Assembly: GCF_036588685.1 (NCBI RefSeq)
Contig: NC_086383.1
Span: 71,114,001-71,178,000, forward strand
Length of the DNA stretch: 64,000 nt
Source of the DNA: Mytilus trossulus
Lineage: Eukaryota
Reading direction: 5' to 3'
Part shown: in pieces, positions 23,265-37,367 of the stretch
How the letters are laid out: every line of letters starts with the position of its first letter
Position numbering within the stretch: the stretch's first letter is position 1
Notes under the pieces: model-generated
Told to the model about the DNA's origin: nothing
The model's input: only the letters and a program-made list of their open reading frames with translations
Databases searched by the model: none
Position numbers and translations under genes: made by a program

Positions 23265-26213
23265 TTTGAATGATTCAAAATATTATCCTTTACGAAGTTT
23301 ATACTACGAATAACGATTTGAAAATAACGCCATTCCAGGCCTCGTTTATTTATAACAGACGAACGCGGACCTCGACGAAGACACCCTTAAAAATAACTTG
23401 TAAAATCCATTACGCGATCTCGGTAAAATGATTATGTGCTTCTTCGAAGACTTTTATGATAATTTATAGTATAATTCTATCAAAAACATTCACATATAGC
23501 ATACCAAATTGCTCAACAGTCATTAATCTTGCATGTTAGATAAACTGTGTATTTTTCGATGTACACAGTAAAAAGATATTAATAGTTAAAGTAGAACCGA
23601 CTGAATTGTCTTCGCAGGTATGTTGACAGAAAATTTACGAGTTTTTCTCATTACACAAATATTCTATCGTCGTAAAATTGTACAGCGGAAGAAAAATCAT
23701 TTCTCTCTAGGTTTCTTTCCGTTTTTATTCACTGGAAGCATGTTCCTCCTCGTAATAAGTTTGTTTCCAGCTAGAGGGAAACACACAAAAAGTTCACGCG
23801 CCATTGTTTAATTGCAGATTTTTACTAAAACTTCAAATAACATTTTTATTCAACCCGAGCGAAATTTCGCAAACATTCAAGATTCGAATGAACAAACCCA
23901 ATATCTAGAATACGAATTTGAAACATCTTTTTATTTAATTTAGCGTTGGGAACTTTTCAGAGAGCGACTTTGTTTTCAGTGGATCTCAGGCACTGAACAA
24001 CTGTTCTGTATGATGCACATTCGCTTTTATTTCCATTTTCATGTACAATTTGCGCACTTTCAAGTCAAAAACTCGAATATGTCTTATAGAATATACCATA
24101 TTTTTCAACAAAATATATTTAATTAATTTTATTATCAATAACCGATGATCAGAGCTCAAAGTGGCCTGGCCGCCTGAAAGTTTCGATACAAACAAAAACA
24201 AAAACAAAACACGAAGATTTTTGTAGTTTTATAATTCGAAAGTGGTACATATCATTTGTATCTTAATGGACAATTACAAAAGTTCATTTATTTCCCCTCA
24301 AAAAGGGGAATGTGTGTCACAGTGAAGACTCTAGCTATACATATGCATTATACCTATATAAGCTATGCAAGTGAACCCAGAACCGGTAACGGGTGAAGCA
24401 GCATCCCGTGACACGGACGATTAAAAAGAGACGGAAGGACAAAAACACATCAGTGTGAACCATTGGACTTTGGGCAAAACATTTTCCCACTGTATTGAAC
24501 TAAACCGCCAGCCCCTCCCCCTTTTTCCAAAAAAACAAAATCCGGAGAAAAAAGGGGGGATATATAATAGGGTTCTCTTTTGAAGACATATTAGCATAGC
24601 GTTTAATGGATGTTAGTACAAGATGTAATATGCTGTGTGTGTGGTTTTCTTCTTCATTAAGGCCAAATAAAAAAAAGAATATGTGTGCTTCCTACTCCCT
24701 ATCTACCTTATATTTTAAGCTTAGTCATAGCATACCTTAAAGATTTTTTTTTTTTTATCATTTTCCAATAAGCACAGATTTTCTCAGTCTCCCATGTACG
24801 TATATACTAGTAGGCTATGTTTGTGTGTGTCGTTAAGGTGCTGTCATTTCAATATGAAAATAAGGAAGGAGATGTGGTATGATTGCCAATGAGACAACTA
24901 TCCACCATAGTTCAAATGAAGTGGATGTAAGCAATTATAGACAACTGTATAGATGATCTTCAAAAATGAGAGAAAAAAACCTATACCGTGAACCTACAAT
25001 TCACGCGATACCTGTTATCAGAGAAATAACTTTTTCTTACTTTTGTACCACTGTCCGTCCATCCATCCTTGTTTTTGTTCATCACAGTAGTCACATGTGA
25101 CGTCACTGTATTGTTTCGGGTTGATTCACCTCGCGTGCTGTCGACAGATTAAAAAGACATAGCAAAGATACAGTCAAGTCGTCACACACTAAATAACAGA
25201 GAGAAAAAAGAAGAGAAAAATCACAGGACAACCATTTGAAAGAAACATAGAAACAAGTAGGTGCATTTATTTTATACACGAGTAAAACAAAGGTGAAATT
25301 CGAAAGGTAGAGAATAGTGAAATTTGCATAATAAATCGCAGGTAATAAAATGACAAAATAATTGCAGAACTGTTAAATGTTGAACAAAAACCTCCGTACT
25401 TTAGAGTTTCCTTCTAAATTTTAATACACAATATTATTGTAGTAATTTTGACAAATAATAAATAAAAAAATAAATATATAACAGACAAACGTCACTGCAT
25501 TCATTTGCTACTAATCTGATTTTGACGATACGTTATACATCTTTTGTATTGTGTACATTTTAACAGTTTATTTATATAGTACTGAAAAAAAGTACTGAGT
25601 TTAATTTCAGAGTTACCTCCCCATTGACTAGTTGATATGAAATAGTGAGCCAACCTTTGACTTTGCATACGTGTAGAAAAAGTCCAACTAAAAATGTCAG
25701 TCAAGTTGAACACGAAGAAGAAGAGAGAAATGGAAAAACTCATATAATGACAAAAATGATTTTTCGGTTGAAGGTTAGCTGTGTGATTTTGACCCCCTTC
25801 CCCCTAAAAAAAGAGCACAATAAAACCCTAGCATGACTTCCTATTTTCGTAGATTGTCATTCTAACGAAAACTGATTAGAAAAAGTTTTATTCAGTTCTA
25901 ACAAGTGCGTGAAAATACACTGATATAACTTTAATGGTGCCTAACTACACAAAAAATATCCAAAACAACAGCTGCATATTTAGGTGTTAGAAATAGTATA
26001 GTCATAAGGAGTGAAATAAAACAAACAATGGAAATAATTTGACCAAAAAAATATTTCAGAGACCAGTGCAAAGTTCAGAGAAAGTAGGGCTCAGCTAGAT
26101 TTAGTTTGATAACTAATGTACAACAATTGTAGATTCTTTTTGAATAAATTGGGTAGCCCTTAAAAGGGCTTTTGGTGGCTGAATAGCCTCTGCAGACTGA
26201 AGTCTGGAACAGT

Positions 26214-26789
26214 TTACTTCTTCTTTGGTGTCTTCTTGGCTTTTGGTTTGGCTGCCTTCTTTTTGGCTGGTGACTTGGCTGCTGGCTTCTTTGGCTTGGC
26301 TGCTTTCTTTGCTGCTGGTTTTTTTGCTTTTGGTTTGGCCGCCTTTTTCTCTCCAGCTGGTTTCTTTGCTGCTGGCTTCTTTTTCTTGGGTGTGGTCTTT
26401 GCCTTCTTAGGCTTGGCGGCCTTAGGTTTGGCTGCTTTTTTTGCCTTTGCTGGCTTCTTTTTAACCACTTTAGCCTCTCCAATTCTGAAAGAGCCGGATG
26501 CTCCAGTTCCCTTGGACTGCTTCAAACTGTTGTTCTTAACTCCGGCTCTGAGTGCAAGTTTTAAATGAGCATTTACTGACTTGGCATCTTTTCCGACGTT
26601 GAAGTTGGCCATGATGTACTTCAGAATTGCTTGCCTTGAGGAACCTCCACGTTCTTTCAAAGCGGCGATGGCTTTTCCAATCATCTCGCTGTATTTAGGA
26701 TGTGCGGAAGGCTTCTTTGGCTTGGCTGCTGCCTTTTTCTTTGGTGATTTAGCTGGTGCTACTGCTGGTGCTGCTGTTGCGTCTGCCAT
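26214..26789 (-). CDS. H1: Linker histone H1, copy 8
   Basis: Protein identical to copy 1, minus strand. Confidence 0.98.
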   Translation of the reverse strand: MADATAAPAVAPAKSPKKKAAAKPKKPSAHPKYSEMIGKAIAALKERGGSSRQAILKYIMANFNVGKDAKSVNAHLKLALRAGVKNNSLKQSKGTGASGSFRIGEAKVVKKKPAKAKKAAKPKAAKPKKAKTTPKKKKPAAKKPAGEKKAAKPKAKKPAAKKAAKPKKPAAKSPAKKKAAKPKAKKTPKKK

Positions 26790-29739
26790 TTTGAATGATT
26801 CAAAATATTATCCTTTACGAAGTTTATACTACGAATAACGATTTGAAAATAACGCCATTCCAGGCCTCGTTTATTTATAACAGACGAACGCGGACCTCGA
26901 CGAAGACACCCTTAAAAATAACTTGTAAAATCCATTACGCGATCTCGGTAAAATGATTATGTGCTTCTTCGAAGACTTTTATGATAATTTATAGTATAAT
27001 TCTATCAAAAACATTCACATATAGCATACCAAATTGCTCAACAGTCATTAATCTTGCATGTTAGATAAACTGTGTATTTTTCGATGTACACAGTAAAAAG
27101 ATATTAATAGTTAAAGTAGAACCGACTGAATTGTCTTCGCAGGTATGTTGACAGAAAATTTACGAGTTTTTCTCATTACACAAATATTCTATCGTCGTAA
27201 AATTGTACAGCGGAAGAAAAATCATTTCTCTCTAGGTTTCTTTCCGTTTTTATTCACTGGAAGCATGTTCCTCCTCGTAATAAGTTTGTTTCCAGCTAGA
27301 GGGAAACACACAAAAAGTTCACGCGCCATTGTTTAATTGCAGATTTTTACTAAAACTTCAAATAACATTTTTATTCAACCCGAGCGAAATTTCGCAAACA
27401 TTCAAGATTCGAATGAACAAACCCAATATCTAGAATACGAATTTGAAACATCTTTTTATTTAATTTAGCGTTGGGAACTTTTCAGAGAGCGACTTTGTTT
27501 TCAGTGGATCTCAGGCACTGAACAACTGTTCTGTATGATGCACATTCGCTTTTATTTCCATTTTCATGTACAATTTGCGAACTTTCAAGTCAAAAACTCG
27601 AATATGTCTTATAGAATATACCATATTTTTCAACAAAATATATTTAATTAATTTTATTATCAATAACCGATGATCAGAGCTCAAAGTGGCCTGGCCGCCT
27701 GAAAGTTTCGATACAAACAAAAACAAAAACAAAACACGAAGATTTTTGTAGTTTTATAATTCGAAAGTGGTACATATCATTTGTATCTTAATGGACAATT
27801 ACAAAAGTTCATTTATTTCCCCTCAAAAAGGGGAATGTGTGTCACAGTGAAGACTCTAGCTATACATATGCATTATACCTATATAAGCTATGCAAGTGAA
27901 CCCAGAACCGGTAACGGGTGAAGCAGCATCCCGTGACACGGACGATTAAAAAGAGACGGAAGGACAAAAACACATCAGTGTGAACCATTGGACTTTGGGC
28001 AAAACATTTTCCCACTGTATTGAACTAAACCGCCAGCCCCTCCCCCTTTTTCCAAAAAAACAAAATCCGGAGAAAAAAGGGGGGATATATAATAGGGTTC
28101 TCTTTTGAAGACATATTAGCATAGCGTTTAATGGATGTTAGTACAAGATGTAATATGCTGTGTGTGTGGTTTTCTTCTTCATTAAGGCCAAATAAAAAAA
28201 AGAATATGTGTGCTTCCTACTCCCTATCTACCTTATATTTTAAGCTTAGTCATAGCATACCTTAAAGATTTTTTTTTTTTTTATCATTTTCCAATAAGCA
28301 CAGATTTTCTCAGTCTCCCATGTACGTATATACTAGTAGGCTATGTTTGTGTGTGTCGTTAAGGTGCTGTCATTTCAATATGAAAATAAGGAAGGAGATG
28401 TGGTATGATTGCCAATGAGACAACTATCCACCATAGTTCAAATGAAGTGGATGTAAGCAATTATAGACAACTGTATAGATGATCTTCAAAAATGAGAGAA
28501 AAAAACCTATACCGTGAACCTACAATTCACGCGATACCTGTTATCAGAGAAATAACTTTTTCTTACTTTTGTACCACTGTCCGTCCATCCATCCTTGTTT
28601 TTGTTCATCACAGTAGTCACATGTGACGTCACTGTATTGTTTCGGGTTGATTCACCTCGCGTGCTGTCGACAGATTAAAAAGACATAGCAAAGATACAGT
28701 CAAGTCGTCACACACTAAATAACAGAGAGAAAAAAGAAGAGAAAAATCACAGGACAACCATTTGAAAGAAACATAGAAACAAGTAGGTGCATTTATTTTA
28801 TACACGAGTAAAACAAAGGTGAAATTCGAAAGGTAGAGAATAGTGAAATTTGCATAATAAATCGCAGGTAATAAAATGACAAAATAATTGCAGAACTGTT
28901 AAATGTTGAACAAAAACCTCCGTACTTTAGAGTTTCCTTCTAAATTTTAATACACAATATTATTGTAGTAATTTTGACAAATAATAAATAAAAAAATAAA
29001 TATATAACAGACAAACGTCACTGCATTCATTTGCTACTAATCTGATTTTGACGATACGTTATACATCTTTTGTATTGTGTACATTTTAACAGTTTATTTA
29101 TATAGTACTGAAAAAAAGTACTGAGTTTAATTTCAGAGTTACCTCCCCATTGACTAGTTGATATGAAATAGTGAGCCAACCTTTGACTTTGCATACGTGT
29201 AGAAAAAGTCCAACTAAAAATGTCAGTCAAGTTGAACACGAAGAAGAAGAGAGAAATGGAAAAACTCATATAATGACAAAAATGATTTTTCGGTTGAAGG
29301 TTAGCTGTGTGATTTTGACCCCCTTCCCCCTAAAAAAAGAGCACAATAAAACCCTAGCATGACTTCCTATTTTCGTAGATTGTCATTCTAACGAAAACTG
29401 ATTAGAAAAAGTTTTATTCAGTTCTAACAAGTGCGTGAAAATACACTGATATAACTTTAATGGTGCCTAACTACACAAAAAATATCCAAAACAACAGCTG
29501 CATATTTAGGTGTTAGAAATAGTATAGTCATAAGGAGTGAAATAAAACAAACAATGGAAATAATTTGACCAAAAAAATATTTCAGAGACCAGTGCAAAGT
29601 TCAGAGAAAGTAGGGCTCAGCTAGATTTAGTTTGATAACTAATGTACAACAATTGTAGATTCTTTTTGAATAAATTGGGTAGCCCTTAAAAGGGCTTTTG
29701 GTGGCTGAATAGCCTCTGCAGACTGAAGTCTGGAACAGT

Positions 29740-30315
29740 TTACTTCTTCTTTGGTGTCTTCTTGGCTTTTGGTTTGGCTGCCTTCTTTTTGGCTGGTGAC
29801 TTGGCTGCTGGCTTCTTTGGCTTGGCTGCTTTCTTTGCTGCTGGTTTTTTTGCTTTTGGTTTGGCCGCCTTTTTCTCTCCAGCTGGTTTCTTTGCTGCTG
29901 GCTTCTTTTTCTTGGGTGTGGTCTTTGCCTTCTTAGGCTTGGCGGCCTTAGGTTTGGCTGCTTTTTTTGCCTTTGCTGGCTTCTTTTTAACCACTTTAGC
30001 CTCTCCAATTCTGAAAGAGCCGGATGCTCCAGTTCCCTTGGACTGCTTCAAACTGTTGTTCTTAACTCCGGCTCTGAGTGCAAGTTTTAAATGAGCATTT
30101 ACTGACTTGGCATCTTTTCCGACGTTGAAGTTGGCCATGATGTACTTCAGAATTGCTTGCCTTGAGGAACCTCCACGTTCTTTCAAAGCGGCGATGGCTT
30201 TTCCAATCATCTCGCTGTATTTAGGATGTGCGGAAGGCTTCTTTGGCTTGGCTGCTGCCTTTTTCTTTGGTGATTTAGCTGGTGCTACTGCTGGTGCTGC
30301 TGTTGCGTCTGCCAT
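29740..30315 (-). CDS. H1: Linker histone H1, copy 9
   Basis: Protein identical to copy 1, minus strand. Confidence 0.98.
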   Translation of the reverse strand: MADATAAPAVAPAKSPKKKAAAKPKKPSAHPKYSEMIGKAIAALKERGGSSRQAILKYIMANFNVGKDAKSVNAHLKLALRAGVKNNSLKQSKGTGASGSFRIGEAKVVKKKPAKAKKAAKPKAAKPKKAKTTPKKKKPAAKKPAGEKKAAKPKAKKPAAKKAAKPKKPAAKSPAKKKAAKPKAKKTPKKK

Positions 30316-33265
30316 TTTGAATGATTCAAAATATTATCCTTTACGAAGTTTATACTACGAATAACGATTTGAAAATAACGCCATTCCAGGCCTCGTTTAT
30401 TTATAACAGACGAACGCGGACCTCGACGAAGACACCCTTAAAAATAACTTGTAAAATCCATTACGCGATCTCGGTAAAATGATTATGTGCTTCTTCGAAG
30501 ACTTTTATGATAATTTATAGTATAATTCTATCAAAAACATTCACATATAGCATACCAAATTGCTCAACAGTCATTAATCTTGCATGTTAGATAAACTGTG
30601 TATTTTTCGATGTACACAGTAAAAAGATATTAATAGTTAAAGTAGAACCGACTGAATTGTCTTCGCAGGTATGTTGACAGAAAATTTACGAGTTTTTCTC
30701 ATTACACAAATATTCTATCGTCGTAAAATTGTACAGCGGAAGAAAAATCATTTCTCTCTAGGTTTCTTTCCGTTTTTATTCACTGGAAGCATGTTCCTCC
30801 TCGTAATAAGTTTGTTTCCAGCTAGAGGGAAACACACAAAAAGTTCACGCGCCATTGTTTAATTGCAGATTTTTACTAAAACTTCAAATAACATTTTTAT
30901 TCAACCCGAGCGAAATTTCGCAAACATTCAAGATTCGAATGAACAAACCCAATATCTAGAATACGAATTTGAAACATCTTTTTATTTAATTTAGCGTTGG
31001 GAACTTTTCAGAGAGCGACTTTGTTTTCAGTGGATCTCAGGCACTGAACAACTGTTCTGTATGATGCACATTCGCTTTTATTTCCATTTTCATGTACAAT
31101 TTGCGCACTTTCAAGTCAAAAACTCGAATATGTCTTATAGAATATACCATATTTTTCAACAAAATATATTTAATTAATTTTATTATCAATAACCGATGAT
31201 CAGAGCTCAAAGTGGCCTGGCCGCCTGAAAGTTTCGATACAAACAAAAACAAAAACAAAACACGAAGATTTTTGTAGTTTTATAATTCGAAAGTGGTACA
31301 TATCATTTGTATCTTAATGGACAATTACAAAAGTTCATTTATTTCCCCTCAAAAAGGGGAATGTGTGTCACAGTGAAGACTCTAGCTATACATATGCATT
31401 ATACCTATATAAGCTATGCAAGTGAACCCAGAACCGGTAACGGGTGAAGCAGCATCCCGTGACACGGACGATTAAAAAGAGACGGAAGGACAAAAACACA
31501 TCAGTGTGAACCATTGGACTTTGGGCAAAACATTTTCCCACTGTATTGAACTAAACCGCCAGCCCCTCCCCCTTTTTCCAAAAAAACAAAATCCGGAGAA
31601 AAAAGGGGGGATATATAATAGGGTTCTCTTTTGAAGACATATTAGCATAGCGTTTAATGGATGTTAGTACAAGATGTAATATGCTGTGTGTGTGGTTTTC
31701 TTCTTCATTAAGGCCAAATAAAAAAAAGAATATGTGTGCTTCCTACTCCCTATCTACCTTATATTTTAAGCTTAGTCATAGCATACCTTAAAGATTTTTT
31801 TTTTTTTTATCATTTTCCAATAAGCACAGATTTTCTCAGTCTCCCATGTACGTATATACTAGTAGGCTATGTTTGTGTGTGTCGTTAAGGTGCTGTCATT
31901 TCAATATGAAAATAAGGAAGGAGATGTGGTATGATTGCCAATGAGACAACTATCCACCATAGTTCAAATGAAGTGGATGTAAGCAATTATAGACAACTGT
32001 ATAGATGATCTTCAAAAATGAGAGAAAAAAACCTATACCGTGAACCTACAATTCACGCGATACCTGTTATCAGAGAAATAACTTTTTCTTACTTTTGTAC
32101 CACTGTCCGTCCATCCATCCTTGTTTTTGTTCATCACAGTAGTCACATGTGACGTCACTGTATTGTTTCGGGTTGATTCACCTCGCGTGCTGTCGACAGA
32201 TTAAAAAGACATAGCAAAGATACAGTCAAGTCGTCACACACTAAATAACAGAGAGAAAAAAGAAGAGAAAAATCACAGGACAACCATTTGAAAGAAACAT
32301 AGAAACAAGTAGGTGCATTTATTTTATACACGAGTAAAACAAAGGTGAAATTCGAAAGGTAGAGAATAGTGAAATTTGCATAATAAATCGCAGGTAATAA
32401 AATGACAAAATAATTGCAGAACTGTTAAATGTTGAACAAAAACCTCCGTACTTTAGAGTTTCCTTCTAAATTTTAATACACAATATTATTGTAGTAATTT
32501 TGACAAATAATAAATAAAAAAATAAATATATAACAGACAAACGTCACTGCATTCATTTGCTACTAATCTGATTTTGACGATACGTTATACATCTTTTGTA
32601 TTGTGTACATTTTAACAGTTTATTTATATAGTACTGAAAAAAAGTACTGAGTTTAATTTCAGAGTTACCTCCCCATTGACTAGTTGATATGAAATAGTGA
32701 GCCAACCTTTGACTTTGCATACGTGTAGAAAAAGTCCAACTAAAAATGTCAGTCAAGTTGAACACGAAGAAGAAGAGAGAAATGGAAAAACTCATATAAT
32801 GACAAAAATGATTTTTCGGTTGAAGGTTAGCTGTGTGATTTTGACCCCCTTCCCCCTAAAAAAAGAGCACAATAAAACCCTAGCATGACTTCCTATTTTC
32901 GTAGATTGTCATTCTAACGAAAACTGATTAGAAAAAGTTTTATTCAGTTCTAACAAGTGCGTGAAAATACACTGATATAACTTTAATGGTGCCTAACTAC
33001 ACAAAAAATATCCAAAACAACAGCTGCATATTTAGGTGTTAGAAATAGTATAGTCATAAGGAGTGAAATAAAACAAACAATGGAAATAATTTGACCAAAA
33101 AAATATTTCAGAGACCAGTGCAAAGTTCAGAGAAAGTAGGGCTCAGCTAGATTTAGTTTGATAACTAATGTACAACAATTGTAGATTCTTTTTGAATAAA
33201 TTGGGTAGCCCTTAAAAGGGCTTTTGGTGGCTGAATAGCCTCTGCAGACTGAAGTCTGGAACAGT

Positions 33266-33841
33266 TTACTTCTTCTTTGGTGTCTTCTTGGCTTTTGGTT
33301 TGGCTGCCTTCTTTTTGGCTGGTGACTTGGCTGCTGGCTTCTTTGGCTTGGCTGCTTTCTTTGCTGCTGGTTTTTTTGCTTTTGGTTTGGCCGCCTTTTT
33401 CTCTCCAGCTGGTTTCTTTGCTGCTGGCTTCTTTTTCTTGGGTGTGGTCTTTGCCTTCTTAGGCTTGGCGGCCTTAGGTTTGGCTGCTTTTTTTGCCTTT
33501 GCTGGCTTCTTTTTAACCACTTTAGCCTCTCCAATTCTGAAAGAGCCGGATGCTCCAGTTCCCTTGGACTGCTTCAAACTGTTGTTCTTAACTCCGGCTC
33601 TGAGTGCAAGTTTTAAATGAGCATTTACTGACTTGGCATCTTTTCCGACGTTGAAGTTGGCCATGATGTACTTCAGAATTGCTTGCCTTGAGGAACCTCC
33701 ACGTTCTTTCAAAGCGGCGATGGCTTTTCCAATCATCTCGCTGTATTTAGGATGTGCGGAAGGCTTCTTTGGCTTGGCTGCTGCCTTTTTCTTTGGTGAT
33801 TTAGCTGGTGCTACTGCTGGTGCTGCTGTTGCGTCTGCCAT
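33266..33841 (-). CDS. H1: Linker histone H1, copy 10
   Basis: Protein identical to copy 1, minus strand. Confidence 0.98.
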   Translation of the reverse strand: MADATAAPAVAPAKSPKKKAAAKPKKPSAHPKYSEMIGKAIAALKERGGSSRQAILKYIMANFNVGKDAKSVNAHLKLALRAGVKNNSLKQSKGTGASGSFRIGEAKVVKKKPAKAKKAAKPKAAKPKKAKTTPKKKKPAAKKPAGEKKAAKPKAKKPAAKKAAKPKKPAAKSPAKKKAAKPKAKKTPKKK

Positions 33842-36791
33842 TTTGAATGATTCAAAATATTATCCTTTACGAAGTTTATACTACGAATAACGATTTGAAA
33901 ATAACGCCATTCCAGGCCTCGTTTATTTATAACAGACGAACGCGGACCTCGACGAAGACACCCTTAAAAATAACTTGTAAAATCCATTACGCGATCTCGG
34001 TAAAATGATTATGTGCTTCTTCGAAGACTTTTATGATAATTTATAGTATAATTCTATCAAAAACATTCACATATAGCATACCAAATTGCTCAACAGTCAT
34101 TAATCTTGCATGTTAGATAAACTGTGTATTTTTCGATGTACACAGTAAAAAGATATTAATAGTTAAAGTAGAACCGACTGAATTGTCTTCGCAGGTATGT
34201 TGACAGAAAATTTACGAGTTTTTCTCATTACACAAATATTCTATCGTCGTAAAATTGTACAGCGGAAGAAAAATCATTTCTCTCTAGGTTTCTTTCCGTT
34301 TTTATTCACTGGAAGCATGTTCCTCCTCGTAATAAGTTTGTTTCCAGCTAGAGGGAAACACACAAAAAGTTCACGCGCCATTGTTTAATTGCAGATTTTT
34401 ACTAAAACTTCAAATAACATTTTTATTCAACCCGAGCGAAATTTCGCAAACATTCAAGATTCGAATGAACAAACCCAATATCTAGAATACGAATTTGAAA
34501 CATCTTTTTATTTAATTTAGCGTTGGGAACTTTTCAGAGAGCGACTTTGTTTTCAGTGGATCTCAGGCACTGAACAACTGTTCTGTATGATGCACATTCG
34601 CTTTTATTTCCATTTTCATGTACAATTTGCGCACTTTCAAGTCAAAAACTCGAATATGTCTTATAGAATATACCATATTTTTCAACAAAATATATTTAAT
34701 TAATTTTATTATCAATAACCGATGATCAGAGCTCAAAGTGGCCTGGCCGCCTGAAAGTTTCGATACAAACAAAAACAAAAACAAAACACGAAGATTTTTG
34801 TAGTTTTATAATTCGAAAGTGGTACATATCATTTGTATCTTAATGGACAATTACAAAAGTTCATTTATTTCCCCTCAAAAAGGGGAATGTGTGTCACAGT
34901 GAAGACTCTAGCTATACATATGCATTATACCTATATAAGCTATGCAAGTGAACCCAGAACCGGTAACGGGTGAAGCAGCATCCCGTGACACGGACGATTA
35001 AAAAGAGACGGAAGGACAAAAACACATCAGTGTGAACCATTGGACTTTGGGCAAAACATTTTCCCACTGTATTGAACTAAACCGCCAGCCCCTCCCCCTT
35101 TTTCCAAAAAAACAAAATCCGGAGAAAAAAGGGGGGATATATAATAGGGTTCTCTTTTGAAGACATATTAGCATAGCGTTTAATGGATGTTAGTACAAGA
35201 TGTAATATGCTGTGTGTGTGGTTTTCTTCTTCATTAAGGCCAAATAAAAAAAAGAATATGTGTGCTTCCTACTCCCTATCTACCTTATATTTTAAGCTTA
35301 GTCATAGCATACCTTAAAGATTTTTTTTTTTTTTATCATTTTCCAATAAGCACAGATTTTCTCAGTCTCCCATGTACGTATATACTAGTAGGCTATGTTT
35401 GTGTGTGTCGTTAAGGTGCTGTCATTTCAATATGAAAATAAGGAAGGAGATGTGGTATGATTGCCAATGAGACAACTATCCACCATAGTTCAAATGAAGT
35501 GGATGTAAGCAATTATAGACAACTGTATAGATGATCTTCAAAAATGAGAGAAAAAAACCTATACCGTGAACCTACAATTCACGCGATACCTGTTATCAGA
35601 GAAATAACTTTTTCTTACTTTTGTACCACTGTCCGTCCATCCATCCTTGTTTTTGTTCATCACAGTAGTCACATGTGACGTCACTGTATTGTTTCGGGTT
35701 GATTCACCTCGCGTGCTGTCGACAGATTAAAAAGACATAGCAAAGATACAGTCAAGTCGTCACACACTAAATAACAGAGAGAAAAAAGAAGAGAAAAATC
35801 ACAGGACAACCATTTGAAAGAAACATAGAAACAAGTAGGTGCATTTATTTTATACACGAGTAAAACAAAGGTGAAATTCGAAAGGTAGAGAATAGTGAAA
35901 TTTGCATAATAAATCGCAGGTAATAAAATGACAAAATAATTGCAGAACTGTTAAATGTTGAACAAAAACCTCCGTACTTTAGAGTTTCCTTCTAAATTTT
36001 AATACACAATATTATTGTAGTAATTTTGACAAATAATAAATAAAAAAATAAATATATAACAGACAAACGTCACTGCATTCATTTGCTACTAATCTGATTT
36101 TGACGATACGTTATACATCTTTTGTATTGTGTACATTTTAACAGTTTATTTATATAGTACTGAAAAAAAGTACTGAGTTTAATTTCAGAGTTACCTCCCC
36201 ATTGACTAGTTGATATGAAATAGTGAGCCAACCTTTGACTTTGCATACGTGTAGAAAAAGTCCAACTAAAAATGTCAGTCAAGTTGAACACGAAGAAGAA
36301 GAGAGAAATGGAAAAACTCATATAATGACAAAAATGATTTTTCGGTTGAAGGTTAGCTGTGTGATTTTGACCCCCTTCCCCCTAAAAAAAGAGCACAATA
36401 AAACCCTAGCATGACTTCCTATTTTCGTAGATTGTCATTCTAACGAAAACTGATTAGAAAAAGTTTTATTCAGTTCTAACAAGTGCGTGAAAATACACTG
36501 ATATAACTTTAATGGTGCCTAACTACACAAAAAATATCCAAAACAACAGCTGCATATTTAGGTGTTAGAAATAGTATAGTCATAAGGAGTGAAATAAAAC
36601 AAACAATGGAAATAATTTGACCAAAAAAATATTTCAGAGACCAGTGCAAAGTTCAGAGAAAGTAGGGCTCAGCTAGATTTAGTTTGATAACTAATGTACA
36701 ACAATTGTAGATTCTTTTTGAATAAATTGGGTAGCCCTTAAAAGGGCTTTTGGTGGCTGAATAGCCTCTGCAGACTGAAGTCTGGAACAGT

Positions 36792-37367
36792 TTACTTCTT
36801 CTTTGGTGTCTTCTTGGCTTTTGGTTTGGCTGCCTTCTTTTTGGCTGGTGACTTGGCTGCTGGCTTCTTTGGCTTGGCTGCTTTCTTTGCTGCTGGTTTT
36901 TTTGCTTTTGGTTTGGCCGCCTTTTTCTCTCCAGCTGGTTTCTTTGCTGCTGGCTTCTTTTTCTTGGGTGTGGTCTTTGCCTTCTTAGGCTTGGCGGCCT
37001 TAGGTTTGGCTGCTTTTTTTGCCTTTGCTGGCTTCTTTTTAACCACTTTAGCCTCTCCAATTCTGAAAGAGCCGGATGCTCCAGTTCCCTTGGACTGCTT
37101 CAAACTGTTGTTCTTAACTCCGGCTCTGAGTGCAAGTTTTAAATGAGCATTTACTGACTTGGCATCTTTTCCGACGTTGAAGTTGGCCATGATGTACTTC
37201 AGAATTGCTTGCCTTGAGGAACCTCCACGTTCTTTCAAAGCGGCGATGGCTTTTCCAATCATCTCGCTGTATTTAGGATGTGCGGAAGGCTTCTTTGGCT
37301 TGGCTGCTGCCTTTTTCTTTGGTGATTTAGCTGGTGCTACTGCTGGTGCTGCTGTTGCGTCTGCCAT
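36792..37367 (-). CDS. H1: Linker histone H1, copy 11
   Basis: Protein identical to copy 1, minus strand. Confidence 0.98.
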   Translation of the reverse strand: MADATAAPAVAPAKSPKKKAAAKPKKPSAHPKYSEMIGKAIAALKERGGSSRQAILKYIMANFNVGKDAKSVNAHLKLALRAGVKNNSLKQSKGTGASGSFRIGEAKVVKKKPAKAKKAAKPKAAKPKKAKTTPKKKKPAAKKPAGEKKAAKPKAKKPAAKKAAKPKKPAAKSPAKKKAAKPKAKKTPKKK